A stretch of 61,605 nucleotides of DNA, counting the filler, from Candidatus Woesearchaeota archaeon (lineage in GTDB: Archaea > Nanobdellota > Nanobdellia > Woesearchaeales > BM511): assembly GCA_023266675.1 (NCBI GenBank). It is 4 parts of 4 records of this genome, joined end to end, with 100 filler letters (N's around TTAATTAATTAA, not from the genome) between each part and the next. Parts side by side here need not be neighbours in the genome. Positions count along the whole stretch, not along the records: positions 7,142 to 31,171 come from JAHFPP010000011.1; positions 31,272 to 54,753 come from JAHFPP010000012.1; 2 more parts are not named here. One strand, given 5' to 3'. The notes beneath the pieces were generated by a model. That model was not told where the DNA came from. It made no database searches and saw nothing but the letters and a program-made list of their open reading frames with translations. Position numbers and translations under genes: made by a program. Each line of letters starts with the position of its first letter. Position 1 is the stretch's first letter. Of this stretch, positions 27,305-40,276 are shown piece by piece.

Positions 27305-30300
27305 TCACTCAATATAAGGCTCTACTGCCTCTTTCTGCCAGCCTGCATCAAGAAGAGTCTTTAAAACATCCTCTTTTGTGTAGCCTTTCAAAATCATATT
27401 CTCTGCATATTTCTTGACCTTATCAAAATCAGTGTGTATCACATGAACTTCATGAAGCACCATATCAATGAAATGCTCCGCCCATTCTGCGCCTATCAGC
27501 ACCTCTCTGATTTTTTCTTCAGAGATTCCTGCTGCTTTAGCTTTTTTTATGTAAGATTCAAGCGCCAAAAGCCGCCTGGCTGAATCTGTCTTCTCAAATG
27601 CCTTGTCTATCAAATCTTCTGACCACTGTGCGCTTAACAGTGAATTTTTTATGGAATTATTCAATATTCCTTTACTCTGCTCTTTAGTTATATACTGTGA
27701 TATTTTTTCCAAATCATTAATGTTATAATCCTCTTTTACTTCAATCTTCATAAAATCGCCTTCAGGTTGAGTAGTAAACTCTTCAAACGGAGACGCTGAT
27801 GGTTCTGCTGCTAAAGGATTGTTTAAGGTTGAATGTTTTCTGAAAGCAGCAACAGTACTTACTCCAACGATTATAAGCATTACTACTCCAAGCGTGAAAA
27901 ATATTGAATCCTTATAATTTGAGACTGTTGAAATAAGATTATTTTTGCATGAGGTCTGACATACGCCTCCGCAGTCAACTCCATCCTCATTCTGATTCTT
28001 GATGTTATCAGAGCAAGTGGTTTGAGGTAACGTGTGGCAAGAATCTGAATACCAATATCCATTGCACGAGTTGATATCTTTTGGCTGTTCGGTTATTGCA
28101 CAAGTCTGACAAACACCACCGCAATCTATGTTTGTTTCATCCTGATTTATTATTCCATCATTGCATGTTGCCAAAGGTAATAAATGACAATTGTTTAGAT
28201 ACCAGTATCCGCTGCACACTCCTCCGCAGTCAGTTCCAATCTCATTCTGATTCTTGATATTGTCAGAGCATGTTGGAGAAGATGAAGCCGCACTTAATGC
28301 GCCAGAACTTCCACCTCCAGATGAACCTGATGAACGTGAAGAACTTCCACTTGAACCTGAACTTCCACTTCCTCCACTGGAACCACCCGAACCTGATGGA
28401 GTTACTCCAGCATCATTAAGTGCTAAAACAAACAATGAAAAATTCGAATAGGTCCCCCAAATTAGATTCTGTGATGTATCAATATTTGAGTTTGTTGTAG
28501 CTAATGCCGAATCATAACTGATGTTATTGTTTGTCAAATTGATATCCATCTTAAATATTTTCAAATAACTTGATGCAATAGAATCACTGATGACACTTTC
28601 ATTATATCCTCTGACAACAGTATAATTTCCAGAATAAGTGGAATTATCAATCTTGAATATGAATGCGTCCTGTATAGTATAATTTCCACCCATAAACAGG
28701 CTTTTGGTTACAGATGACTTGTCAAAACTAATATAAGTCAAGTTCAATATTGATTGTGATGAAAGATTGATGTTTTTTAGTATTATGTCTGTTGATGAAT
28801 TTATTAGTCTTATAACAACATCTACAACAGACGTGTTTAAATTTGAAGGAATAGCGGAGCGTACACTTGAATTGTAATTCTGATATGTGCCGATGCTTGT
28901 GCCATAATCAGGCAGTAAAATATTGCTTCTAAAAGTGACTGAGAGAGATAAGTTTGAGTTGAATAACAACGTTAATGGACCTGTTGAGTTTGTAATATTT
29001 AAAGTAAAATTCCCAGTCTCATTATATCCACCAAAACCATCACTTACATTAAATATTATCCATGCAGCGCCAACATAATTATTGTTTGAGGTTATTAGTA
29101 CATTAGTATTGTTTAAAATTATTGCTGTAATATTTGATGAAACAGCTTTTATGCCATATGTTAAGTTATCGTTGTCCAAATCCATTGCAGAAAGAGAGAG
29201 ATAATAATCCTCTTTGTTTAATATGACTGTGTTGTTAAATGAGTTGGTTGGATTCACAAAGTAAGGTGTTCTTGTCAATACAGTAAAATTAAATATTTTA
29301 GTTGAAGATTGATTCAATATATCTATAGATACAATTTTTAACTGGTAATTAGCCCCGGTTGATAACGTTTTATTAACTCCAAGATTGTCAAGATTTAATG
29401 TCAGGTTGTAAAAAACTCCGTTAATATAATTATAAGGAGTTAGTGTCCCGTATATTATTGATGCATATAATTCTGTATTATTTAATAATGTTGTATTATC
29501 ACTTGTTTTTATCAAAGTGATATTGTATCTTATGTTCTCAGTTGAAAAATCATTAAGTGAGTAATATAGACTTATATTTCCAGATTTGTAGATATAATAA
29601 CCCGAGCTGTTTATCATGATATTTGCGTTTTGCCCAGATATCTGTTCTATATCTGAATTTTTGGTTATACGAAAAGATGCAAAGTTATTTGAAGAGTTAA
29701 TTGGGTCATAATAAGTGTTAAGAAGTCTTATATGATAATTTCCACTTCCATAAAATGTCGTATTTTGGCCAATTATCAATGACTGATAACTGTTCTGGCT
29801 TGTAAAGTCATTCACTTTTATTAGTGCAGAAGTTGAAGTTATATTTTCAACAGAGATTGTCAGATTTTCAAATATATCGCTGTCTGACTGCTTTAGCATA
29901 TATTCGCCACTTGACTCAATAAGTGGGTTTACGAAAGTTATTACAGGAGAAGAGGTATCATATTTTAGTATGTAATAATCTGAAGAATAAGTATTCATGT
30001 TGGTTTTGCATAGAGAAGCAAGATAATATGTCTCCCTATCATTAAATGCGTAATTAATCAACCCATTTAAATTGATAATGCTTTGGCCTGTAGATTCGTT
30101 TGAATATAATAAAACGTCTGAACCATTGAATAAATTTACTGTAAGCTCATCTGAATTATTGCATGAAACATTTATTGTCAAAGTTGAATTCAGGTAGAAT
30201 GTATGATAAGAAGAAGACCTTACAAGGTTTTGTGAAAGATTAAAAGTTAATAATGATGGCTGAGAAAGTTTAATGAATGTAAAGTTGTAGTAATTCACCC

Positions 30301-31162
30301 CTGTGTTTCCAACTGAATCTGTTGAAGTTACCTTTAATGTAAAATTCTTATTCGCTGTTAACATGAGAGTTTTAAAATCTGCAAATATCCGGAAATAAGA
30401 CTGGTTTAGGCTAGTTGCAAAAGAAACAAGTGAGTTAACAAACCTTGTTGCGTTGGAATTATCTTCATCATAAATTTGATAAGAAACTGTCTGTGCACCC
30501 AAATAATCCTCTACACTGAGATTAACATCCAAAGAATCATTGATAAGAAGCCGGTTTATATCCTGACTGTAAAATGATGATGATGAACCTGAAGTATACC
30601 ATTTTGGAATATCATATGAAGAATTGTAAACTCTTGCAATTATTTTTGAATCGTGAAGGTTGAAACTGTTATTGATGTAATAAGGAAGCAGAAGTGAAAG
30701 TGTGATATTTCCAAAATTACCCATTAAAACTGATGAGTTAGATACAAAATTTAATGTGAAGTTTACATTATTATCAACATTTATTACTATATTTTTATTA
30801 ACTTTTGATATTCCTGTCATAGTGATATTATGTCCAAACACGATATTGGTTGTATTAATCTCCAGAAGAATGTCTTTGACGTTTGTATCATTTAAATAGA
30901 ATATCGGAGTGTGAATTAGAGGAGCTGTTTTGTCAAGCAAAAACGTTTTGGTTGCCAATCCTGAAAGATTTATGTCATTTGTATATCTTACAGTTATTGT
31001 ATAATTGCCATCATCAGTTATTGCTGAAACATTTATTAATTGTTTTAGTATTGATGAAGTGTAATTTGATGTTGTTGTTCCAGCTTGGATTAAGGTATAA
31101 GGATTGGTTGTTTTTGTAATATTCCATGATATGTTTCTCACATGATTAACATCCAAGGTCAT
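27305..31162 (-). CDS. Large Asn/Ser/Thr-rich surface glycoprotein with Cys-rich repeats, TM and repeated cytoplasmic helices; 5'-partial
   Basis: Many NxS/T sequons, Gly/Ser linker, 3 copies of TC.D...NQ.E...DCGGVC, TM, 3 copies of Y..K....G.....I...L..A.W. Confidence 0.8.
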   Translation of the reverse strand: MTLDVNHVRNISWNITKTTNPYTLIQAGTTTSNYTSSILKQLINVSAITDDGNYTITVRYTNDINLSGLATKTFLLDKTAPLIHTPIFYLNDTNVKDILLEINTTNIVFGHNITMTGISKVNKNIVINVDNNVNFTLNFVSNSSVLMGNFGNITLSLLLPYYINNSFNLHDSKIIARVYNSSYDIPKWYTSGSSSSFYSQDINRLLINDSLDVNLSVEDYLGAQTVSYQIYDEDNSNATRFVNSLVSFATSLNQSYFRIFADFKTLMLTANKNFTLKVTSTDSVGNTGVNYYNFTFIKLSQPSLLTFNLSQNLVRSSSYHTFYLNSTLTINVSCNNSDELTVNLFNGSDVLLYSNESTGQSIINLNGLINYAFNDRETYYLASLCKTNMNTYSSDYYILKYDTSSPVITFVNPLIESSGEYMLKQSDSDIFENLTISVENITSTSALIKVNDFTSQNSYQSLIIGQNTTFYGSGNYHIRLLNTYYDPINSSNNFASFRITKNSDIEQISGQNANIMINSSGYYIYKSGNISLYYSLNDFSTENIRYNITLIKTSDNTTLLNNTELYASIIYGTLTPYNYINGVFYNLTLNLDNLGVNKTLSTGANYQLKIVSIDILNQSSTKIFNFTVLTRTPYFVNPTNSFNNTVILNKEDYYLSLSAMDLDNDNLTYGIKAVSSNITAIILNNTNVLITSNNNYVGAAWIIFNVSDGFGGYNETGNFTLNITNSTGPLTLLFNSNLSLSVTFRSNILLPDYGTSIGTYQNYNSSVRSAIPSNLNTSVVDVVIRLINSSTDIILKNINLSSQSILNLTYISFDKSSVTKSLFMGGNYTIQDAFIFKIDNSTYSGNYTVVRGYNESVISDSIASSYLKIFKMDINLTNNNISYDSALATTNSNIDTSQNLIWGTYSNFSLFVLALNDAGVTPSGSGGSSGGSGSSGSSGSSSRSSGSSGGGSSGALSAASSSPTCSDNIKNQNEIGTDCGGVCSGYWYLNNCHLLPLATCNDGIINQDETNIDCGGVCQTCAITEQPKDINSCNGYWYSDSCHTLPQTTCSDNIKNQNEDGVDCGGVCQTSCKNNLISTVSNYKDSIFFTLGVVMLIIVGVSTVAAFRKHSTLNNPLAAEPSASPFEEFTTQPEGDFMKIEVKEDYNINDLEKISQYITKEQSKGILNNSIKNSLLSAQWSEDLIDKAFEKTDSARRLLALESYIKKAKAAGISEEKIREVLIGAEWAEHFIDMVLHEVHVIHTDFDKVKKYAENMILKGYTKEDVLKTLLDAGWQKEAVEPYIE

Positions 31163-31171
31163 ATTAAATGA

Positions 31172-31271
31172 NNNNNNNNNNNNNNNNNNNNNNNNNNNNN
31201 NNNNNNNNNNNNNNNTTAATTAATTAANNNNNNNNNNNNNNNNNNNNNNNNNNNNNNNNNNNNNNNNNNNN
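31172..31271. other. Artificial contig linker
   Basis: Same N-TTAATTAATTAA-N spacer. Confidence 0.97.
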
Positions 31272-31273
31272 GA

Positions 31274-31417
31274 AACAATTTCTATGGCGAAGTTCCTATT
31301 TTTGACCTTCAAAGAAAAAACAGCGAATTCAAATCATGGGATGAACATCACAAGCACACCATTGAACTGGCTAAACTATTTGAAGGTATACCTGAAGAGG
31401 ATTGGCACCATTGCTAA
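31274..31417 (+). CDS. 3' fragment of a small protein paralogous to the next ORF
   Basis: ...NSEFKSWDEHHKHTIELAKLFEGIPEEDWHHC*. Confidence 0.55.
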   Translation, partial: NNFYGEVPIFDLQRKNSEFKSWDEHHKHTIELAKLFEGIPEEDWHHC

Positions 31418-31698
31418 TAAAAGATTTATTCGGCAAAAATAGGACCAGTAACGAAGCTATTGAACATGCTGTCAATCACGCAATGGATTTGCTTGATAAT
31501 CCGGATATGTCATGTTCATTGAAGAAAAGCGATATATTTGTTATACCTTTATGCTACCATACAGGTACCCATATAGGAACTGCTGTGATAATTGACAATA
31601 AAGCAAGTGTTTCACAATTTAAAAGCTGGGAAGATTTTTGCGATCATGGCAAAAAGTTAATTTACTCATTCCAAAATGCTGAGTATCATCGTTGTTAA
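31402..31698 (+). CDS. Small hypothetical protein
   Basis: Ends SQFKSWEDFCDHGKKLIYSFQNAEYHRC*, matching the preceding ORF. Confidence 0.6.
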   Translation: MAPLLIKDLFGKNRTSNEAIEHAVNHAMDLLDNPDMSCSLKKSDIFVIPLCYHTGTHIGTAVIIDNKASVSQFKSWEDFCDHGKKLIYSFQNAEYHRC

Positions 31699-31775
31699 AT
31701 TAATCCAATTTTTCTCTATCATTTATTTACTCTAGCATAGTAATACTTATATACTTCTAAACAAATTATCCGCTC

Positions 31776-33044
31776 ATGGTTGGGGAATTTGATACTCTTG
31801 TAAATCTTGATTACAAATGCTTTAATGACGCTATTCTGCTATACATCCGTCAAGATTCAAAATTAAGAGCGCCACTTATGCATCTTAGTGTTTCAGGGCA
31901 TGCAAAGCGAGGTCATGGAATGTTCCAAGGAGTTGACTTTCCAGAATCCCACGTATATGATGTTCTAACAAGTGTTGAAACTAAAGAAGCTTCAGAAAAA
32001 ATTAGGCGAAGAACAACTCTTGAAGTTCAAAGAACAAGATTATTTCTTGAGGCGTTGGTTGAAGAAACTTTTAATGATAAAGACAAAAAACTTAAACATT
32101 TTAATGATGGAAAATTATACGTTGAAAGCATTGATAGACATGAGCCACTTTTTGATTTTCTTGAACTTAGACGAGACAATTTCTCAATAGATGACCCTGT
32201 TAATTTTCTAAAAGGAGCATGCCTTGTAGGACACATGGACTCTGCCTATTGGCGGCAAAAGACAATGGAACGATTCCAAAATAAGAACTTTGAAGGCGAA
32301 TTCATGGATATGGGTTATGGAACGTGTATGCCATGTGATATAAAAAAATTAAGAGAAAATGGTCATTCACTTGACGAATTAGCAACTAAATCAACTTCAA
32401 TTGAATTTCTTAATAAATTAATAACTGAAGGATCCATTAAGACATTTAAAGAATCTAAAAATCCGAATTCAAAAGATTATGATGAAAACGTTTTCGATGT
32501 ATACATCAGACAAAAAATTGGTCCGGGAATTTGTGATGATGCAGCGTTAATTTGGCTAGGAAAAAATTATGGTAAATCAGCATATGTCGGAGGAATGCTT
32601 GTTGACACAGTTGACACGTTCTCAAAACTCTCAGCGTTTCCAATAACCGGAGGCGCTGACGAGCTAATAGGAAAAACATTAAACAGCAGAGTAAGAGAAT
32701 TAACAGGAAAACCTCTTGTTACCGAATATGAGATTACAAACCTTATCTATTTTGCTGCAAAAGCAAACACACCAAAAATACCGTTTAGTGACAGTGTAAG
32801 ACGATTCCATCAATTGAGAAGACGAAATCCGGAAATTGTCGAAAGTCTTAATGATACAGCAAAAAGAGGGGTGCATTTTACAGCAACACAGGCGCATTTT
32901 ATATTTATTGAAACAGGTTTAAAAGTCCAAGGTCTTAGTTATGGATTTGAAGGATTTGATTCTTTGGAATTCTATGATATAATTGAACAGCGTATTATGC
33001 ATGCAGAAAAACACGGATTATACAAGTCGCACCAAAATATTTAA
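31776..33044 (+). CDS. Hypothetical protein (422 aa)
   Basis: Long ORF, TATA about 25-30 nt upstream; enzyme-like motifs GPGICDDAA and DTVDT; family not recognised. Confidence 0.75.
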   Translation: MVGEFDTLVNLDYKCFNDAILLYIRQDSKLRAPLMHLSVSGHAKRGHGMFQGVDFPESHVYDVLTSVETKEASEKIRRRTTLEVQRTRLFLEALVEETFNDKDKKLKHFNDGKLYVESIDRHEPLFDFLELRRDNFSIDDPVNFLKGACLVGHMDSAYWRQKTMERFQNKNFEGEFMDMGYGTCMPCDIKKLRENGHSLDELATKSTSIEFLNKLITEGSIKTFKESKNPNSKDYDENVFDVYIRQKIGPGICDDAALIWLGKNYGKSAYVGGMLVDTVDTFSKLSAFPITGGADELIGKTLNSRVRELTGKPLVTEYEITNLIYFAAKANTPKIPFSDSVRRFHQLRRRNPEIVESLNDTAKRGVHFTATQAHFIFIETGLKVQGLSYGFEGFDSLEFYDIIEQRIMHAEKHGLYKSHQNI

Positions 33045-33069
33045 TAATAACATTTTTTTCTAGAATTAA

Positions 33070-33654
33070 ATGCATTACAAAATAAAGTTTTCGCCAGTTG
33101 AATTCGCTCACCTTTTCTGGGCATGGATACTTATAAGCATAGCATTTGCGGAAGTTTTAAAGACAACAGAGACTGGTTTTTTCTATTTCTTTGGGATTGC
33201 ATTATTCACCGCAGGCATAGGATTTTTGCTTCATGAACTTGCGCATAAATATGTAGCGCAAAAATACGGGTGCTTCGCAGAGTTTAGAGCTGATTTCATG
33301 ATGTTATTTTTAGCTGTTGGCATGAGCTTTTTTGGGTTCTTCTTTGCAGCTCCAGGCGCAGTTTTGATTCACGGGACAATCACAACAAAAAGAAACGGAA
33401 TAATATCCATAGCAGGGCCTGCAACTAATGCAGTTCTTTCAATAATCTTTTTTGGATTAACCTTTTTTACAACAGGACTCTTAAGGTCAGTCTGCTTATA
33501 TGGGCTTTTAATCAACGCGTGGCTTGCAGTCTTCAACATGATTCCTTTCGGAAACATTGACGGAGAAAAAGTATTAAAATGGAATAAACTTGCATATGGT
33601 ATTCTTTTACTTATCTCATCAGGTCTTCTTATGCTTGTATTTCTGTGGAAGTAA
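33070..33654 (+). CDS. Site-2 protease (M50) family intramembrane metalloprotease
   Basis: HELAH, IAGP..N and FNMIPFGNIDG motifs. Confidence 0.92.
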   Translation: MHYKIKFSPVEFAHLFWAWILISIAFAEVLKTTETGFFYFFGIALFTAGIGFLLHELAHKYVAQKYGCFAEFRADFMMLFLAVGMSFFGFFFAAPGAVLIHGTITTKRNGIISIAGPATNAVLSIIFFGLTFFTTGLLRSVCLYGLLINAWLAVFNMIPFGNIDGEKVLKWNKLAYGILLLISSGLLMLVFLWK

Positions 33655-33719
33655 GATTTACTAATAAATTTAATAAAAATAAGATATTAATTTAAATATC
33701 AATATTAAATTCTAACTTT

Positions 33720-33980
33720 ATGAAAAAAGGAGAAACTCTTGATTTAAAATTGGATAAAAGCGTGCGTATAGACAGATTCCACAAGCAAGTTACATATCGT
33801 GGCATTGGTTCAGATTTCCTGAATTTTGATTTTTACAGCGGAAGGACGGGAGTCGGACAAATCTCAGTTCCAGTAGAAAATGCAGATGAAGGAAACATAT
33901 CAATAAATGGATTTAACTTCAGAGTATCTGAATACAACAATAATCATATCAGTATGGAATACTTAGGGAAAAAGAAATAA
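33720..33980 (+). CDS. Small hypothetical protein
   Basis: 86-aa ORF with upstream TATA. Confidence 0.6.
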   Translation: MKKGETLDLKLDKSVRIDRFHKQVTYRGIGSDFLNFDFYSGRTGVGQISVPVENADEGNISINGFNFRVSEYNNNHISMEYLGKKK

Positions 33981-34184
33981 AAACTCATTAAAATTTATTA
34001 AAAAAACCGACAGCTTTATACAACAAAAACTTTGGTTTTTGAGCATAAACCTCCGAAATTTTAGTAAAAATTTCGATAGGTTTATAAACAAATCAATTCT
34101 TTTATTTATAGACGAGAAAATACTGTTTTTTAAGTGTTAAAATCAAGTCTTAAAAATCACTAAAAAATCTGAATAAAAACTTAA

Positions 34185-36098
<1,914 letters not shown>

Positions 36099-36184
36099 AC
36101 TCTTTAATATTAAACTTTACATTCTTAATCTTGTAATTTTATTAATATTAATAAATATATTTACTTCCTTTATGAAATAAAAAT

Positions 36185-38179
36185 CTATGAAAAACTTAGG
36201 TAGATATAAGTTGCGTTATTAACGTTGATGTGTGTTGTAGCGTTTTCATTTACAATTATTCCAGAGTTATCTGAATCAACGTCATCTGTAGTGTTTACTT
36301 CTGCAGCTGTTGTGTTCAAAGACAAATGGGGGTCGTTACCTGCATTTATTCCTCTAGTTGAATCCCACACAAACCAGTCACCTGTTGAATCAGTTCTCTT
36401 GCACATGAAGAACCTCGCACCTGTTGTGAAACCCATATCAAGTGTGAGTGATGAACCATTGCCAGTATATGAACCAACCTTGGAGATTCCAGAACGTGTT
36501 GCGAAAAGATAACAAACAAAATTAAGACCTACACCATTAGTCTGTGATCTCGACCCAAAAGTTACTACTGATGCGGTAGGTGCCGTATTATTCCAAGTTG
36601 TTGCATCAGCCGCAGAAGCATCTGTCCAGTTGAGATAAACAATATTAGTTGCGCCAATATCTTTGTCATACATATACCAATCTGAGACAAACCCAGCTCG
36701 TCCCTTGTTAATCATTAGTTCAGGAACTACTCCTAAATTATGAGGTTCTGTCTTATTGGCTCCTGTTCCTGTATGACAAACCTCATCAAACACGCCAGGA
36801 TAGCGACGGAGATTCCAAAAGATCTGAGTTTCTCCGGTATAATTAACTCCTGTACTTCCGGCGCTTGACCCCTCAGTGAATCCGTCCATGTTATAGGATG
36901 CGATATAGTTGTTGTTTGCCACTTCCGCTGATGTACTCGCCGGATACAAAAAAGCAGTTCCACCAATAAGACGAGAGCCAATGTGTCCTTGATTCCCGGC
37001 CGAGTTGCGAGTCATTTCCCAAACAGAGTCAGGTGGGAAACCCACGCCAGTAATAATCCTATTATTTGTGGCGTCACTTGTTACCGCAATCGCGTTATAA
37101 ACCTGCGTCCCAACTGTCGGGAATTTCATCGGACCACGACGGATAGCAAGATATATCCTTGTTTGCGTAACGCCAAGCCCAGTAGTACCTGCAAACCCAG
37201 TTGCAGTTGGATATAACACTTCTGTACTTACATCAAATACATCTTCTACTGCATTAGTATTAAGATAGAGCTGTTTATCTCCGCTTGCTGCGTGACAAAA
37301 ACCTCTAGCAGTATCAAATAAACTCCATCCATAAACAGAACTTTTAGGTTTTATTAAAAGTAGTTGTGGCTCCCATCCTAAATTTACAGAACATCCTCCA
37401 CTACCATCACTTGTAAATTCACCGCACTGAATCATTCCTGTACTACTCGTATCGTGTGCCCATGCATAAATGATATAAGTTCCATTTGCTATCGTTCCTC
37501 CAACAAGAGATAATGTAGTTCCTGAAAGTGTAATTGAACCGTCAGTAGTTTCTGCGGCTGTCGTATTGAAATAGACGAGTTTTCCAGTTGTACAGGAGCG
37601 GTGATAGGTGAACCATGCGCTTGTTGAATCTGTTCGTTTGACAGTGACCATTCCAACAGTGCCAAGGCTTGATAGATCAACTGTTGCTGTTACTCCTCCG
37701 CTGACCGTGGCTTGCGCTATTTTGAAGAACTTAGGTGATTGAGCGAAAGACCAGGAAATAAAATTATCAGTATTATTATTTCCACCTCCCCAATTAGTTA
37801 ATGTAAATCCATCTGAATTAAATGAACTTAAAACCGTACTTGCCGAATAACTACCTGATGTGCCGTCTGTACATAACTCTGAACTCACACCATTAATAGT
37901 ATCTATAAGTTGTGGTGAATTAGTAGCGCTCCTATCCTTAATCCAAACCAATCCACCCAACCAGCTAAGATTCACACCTGTTGTTATCGTCTGAGTTGAT
38001 GCGTTGCCGGTATAGGTGTAAGCGGAGAAGATATCTTCAACACCAAGCAATGTTGGCCACGTTCCTGCTTGGTTATAATATATTGCTTCGTCAAGCGTCC
38101 AGATACCAGAAGCGCTTCCAGGCCAACCACCTACTGGTACTATTGCGCTGTTCGTTATAATCTTACCAGGAAATTTCAT
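36185..38179 (-). CDS. Phage virion/tail-fibre-like beta-repeat protein
   Basis: Repeated YTGNG/GV..P...W.K.R modules and SGIWTLDE N-terminus, recalled from freshwater tailed-phage structural proteins; visibly higher GC than flanks. Confidence 0.6.
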   Translation of the reverse strand: MKFPGKIITNSAIVPVGGWPGSASGIWTLDEAIYYNQAGTWPTLLGVEDIFSAYTYTGNASTQTITTGVNLSWLGGLVWIKDRSATNSPQLIDTINGVSSELCTDGTSGSYSASTVLSSFNSDGFTLTNWGGGNNNTDNFISWSFAQSPKFFKIAQATVSGGVTATVDLSSLGTVGMVTVKRTDSTSAWFTYHRSCTTGKLVYFNTTAAETTDGSITLSGTTLSLVGGTIANGTYIIYAWAHDTSSTGMIQCGEFTSDGSGGCSVNLGWEPQLLLIKPKSSVYGWSLFDTARGFCHAASGDKQLYLNTNAVEDVFDVSTEVLYPTATGFAGTTGLGVTQTRIYLAIRRGPMKFPTVGTQVYNAIAVTSDATNNRIITGVGFPPDSVWEMTRNSAGNQGHIGSRLIGGTAFLYPASTSAEVANNNYIASYNMDGFTEGSSAGSTGVNYTGETQIFWNLRRYPGVFDEVCHTGTGANKTEPHNLGVVPELMINKGRAGFVSDWYMYDKDIGATNIVYLNWTDASAADATTWNNTAPTASVVTFGSRSQTNGVGLNFVCYLFATRSGISKVGSYTGNGSSLTLDMGFTTGARFFMCKRTDSTGDWFVWDSTRGINAGNDPHLSLNTTAAEVNTTDDVDSDNSGIIVNENATTHINVNNATYIYLSFS

Positions 38180-38544
38180 TATGAGAGGTCCTCATAGCTT
38201 AATGTATATTCAATTGCCGCGCCAATACTGCTCGTCACCCCGATACTGTATGATTCAGGTAAATAGAATGAAGTAGATTTATCTATTACAATTAGTGTAG
38301 CGTTGCCTGGAACAACTATTTGATATGCAATTCTCGTCGGCGTACCTGTGGGTGTGGTGTTAGGGTAAATACTCAATGTGACTGCTGCAGGGACCGCTGT
38401 AACGTTTGAACACATGATACTATTAATTTTCCAAATATGGTTAGATGCAGGAGTAGTTCCTAGTTGTGTGAGTGAGGTATCTGCAGGCATTACTTTCGCA
38501 ATCAAACAATTGATTGTTGCAACGTTAACTAAATTAAATGTCAT
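38179..38544 (-). CDS. Small phage structural-like protein
   Basis: NLVNVATI...KINSIMCSNV...IVVP.NATLIVIDK....YL.E...SYE; coupled to the downstream gene. Confidence 0.6.
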   Translation of the reverse strand: MTFNLVNVATINCLIAKVMPADTSLTQLGTTPASNHIWKINSIMCSNVTAVPAAVTLSIYPNTTPTGTPTRIAYQIVVPGNATLIVIDKSTSFYLPESYSIGVTSSIGAAIEYTLSYEDLS

Positions 38545-38842
38545 TTTTACTATCCAAACTTATTGAGTTATATTGATAAAAACTATATTTAAATTTTAAT
38601 AAAATTAATTTTTTTAAAATATCTAATTCACCATAAATATTAATTGCTAAAATATCTTTTTTAATGAACTCTCTCTTTTTCAGATTATGAACTTCTTTTT
38701 TACTCATTCACTCCCCCACTTTGTTTTTTATGAGTAAATTTATATTTAAAACTTGTTATTTTTAATCAAAGACAATAAACTATTTAAAGAAGAGACGCAA
38801 TAACTATAAAAAAAAGGGTTTTTTAAAAGAGAGGGTGATTAA

Positions 38843-40275
38843 GTGGATAATAAAAGGGGTGTAGTCAATAAAATTATGAATATTTCTAAGTCTGTATCCA
38901 GTCATAAATTGTTCTCTAAAAAAACATCTAAAAACATTCCGTCTATCGAAGAAATTAATGCAAAACTAAGACGTTATGATGAGCCAAAACCAGAATCAAT
39001 TATCAAGAATGAAATCCAAGCAGCTAAATTTGATTCAATCCCTTCTATTTCTCTATCAAATATGCAAAAAGAAGATGTTAAACCTTTAAATATACCAAAA
39101 TCAATAAAACCTGAACCTATACCTTCGCTAAAATTTCCTAATACCTTTAAGACAGAAGTTAAGACTGTTGAGATACCAAAACTTCCAGATGTCAAAAATG
39201 AAATTAAACAAATTTCTCGCAATGATAATTTCATAACAAACATCCGCCATAATATTGACATATCAAATGTTAACCAAAACAATGAGACATCTGAATTGCA
39301 AAAGGAGTTAAAAGACTGCCTTTACCTTTTTGACTCAATACGGGGAGAGATAGGCAATGTTGTTGTTGGACAAAAAGAGATAGTTGACGCAATAATACTT
39401 GCATTGATGTGCAACGGACACTGTCTAATTGAGGGAGTTCCAGGAATAGGTAAGACACTTACTGTAAGGGCAATATCAAAAATACTCAACTGTCAATATT
39501 CAAGAATACAGTTTACACCGGATTTATTGCCATCAGACATAGTCGGCATAACAGCTTATGATGAAAAACGAGGATTTTACACAGTCAAAGGTCCTATATT
39601 CGCAAATTTTATTTTAGCAGACGAGATAAATAGGGCCCCTCCAAAAGTTCAGTCAGCGCTTCTTGAATCAATGCAGGAAAGACAGGCAACAATAGGCAAA
39701 GAAACATTCAAGCTTCCGTCTCCTTTTTTTGTAATGGCAACACAAAACCCTGTTGAGACACTTGGAACATACGCACTTCCTGAAGCGCAGGTTGNNNNNN
39801 NNNNAGGTTCTTGTTTAAAATAATAATGAAGTACCCTAATAAAAAAGAGGAAGCGTTAATTTTATCACAAAATATGACTCTTTTTAGCTTTGACTCCTTT
39901 GACATAAAATCATTCTTTACACCAGACCTCATAAAACAGGTTCAGGACTTTGTAAAGGATGTATATCTTGACAAGAAAATTGAAGATTATATTGTGAGGT
40001 TGATAGACTGTACAAGAAATCCGAAGGAGTATAAATTAAAAACTGCGCAGTACTTGAGTTTTGGAGCGTCACCAAGGGGTACAATAGCATTATTCATCGC
40101 ATCAAAAGGAAGAGCATTTTTGAATGGAAGAACCTATGTAACCCCACAGGATGTTAAGGAAGTTGCACATTTAACATTAAGACATAGGATAACCTTAAAC
40201 TATGAAGGTCAGGCTGAAGAGATTAAGGTTGATGATGTCATAGATGAAATACTATCTGTTGTTTCAATACACTAA
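38843..40275 (+). CDS. moxR: MoxR-family AAA+ ATPase (single gene split by an N10 scaffold gap)
   Basis: GHCLIEGVPGIGKT, RIQFTPDLLPSD, ADEINRAPPKVQSALLE, ATQNP, LPEAQV[D]RFLFK across the gap, GASPRG. Confidence 0.93.
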
Positions 40276-40276
40276 A

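Noticed and set aside
39795..39804. Apparent frameshift or split in moxR
   Set aside because: Caused by an N10 scaffold gap; a 2-nt fill restores LPEAQVDRFLFK.
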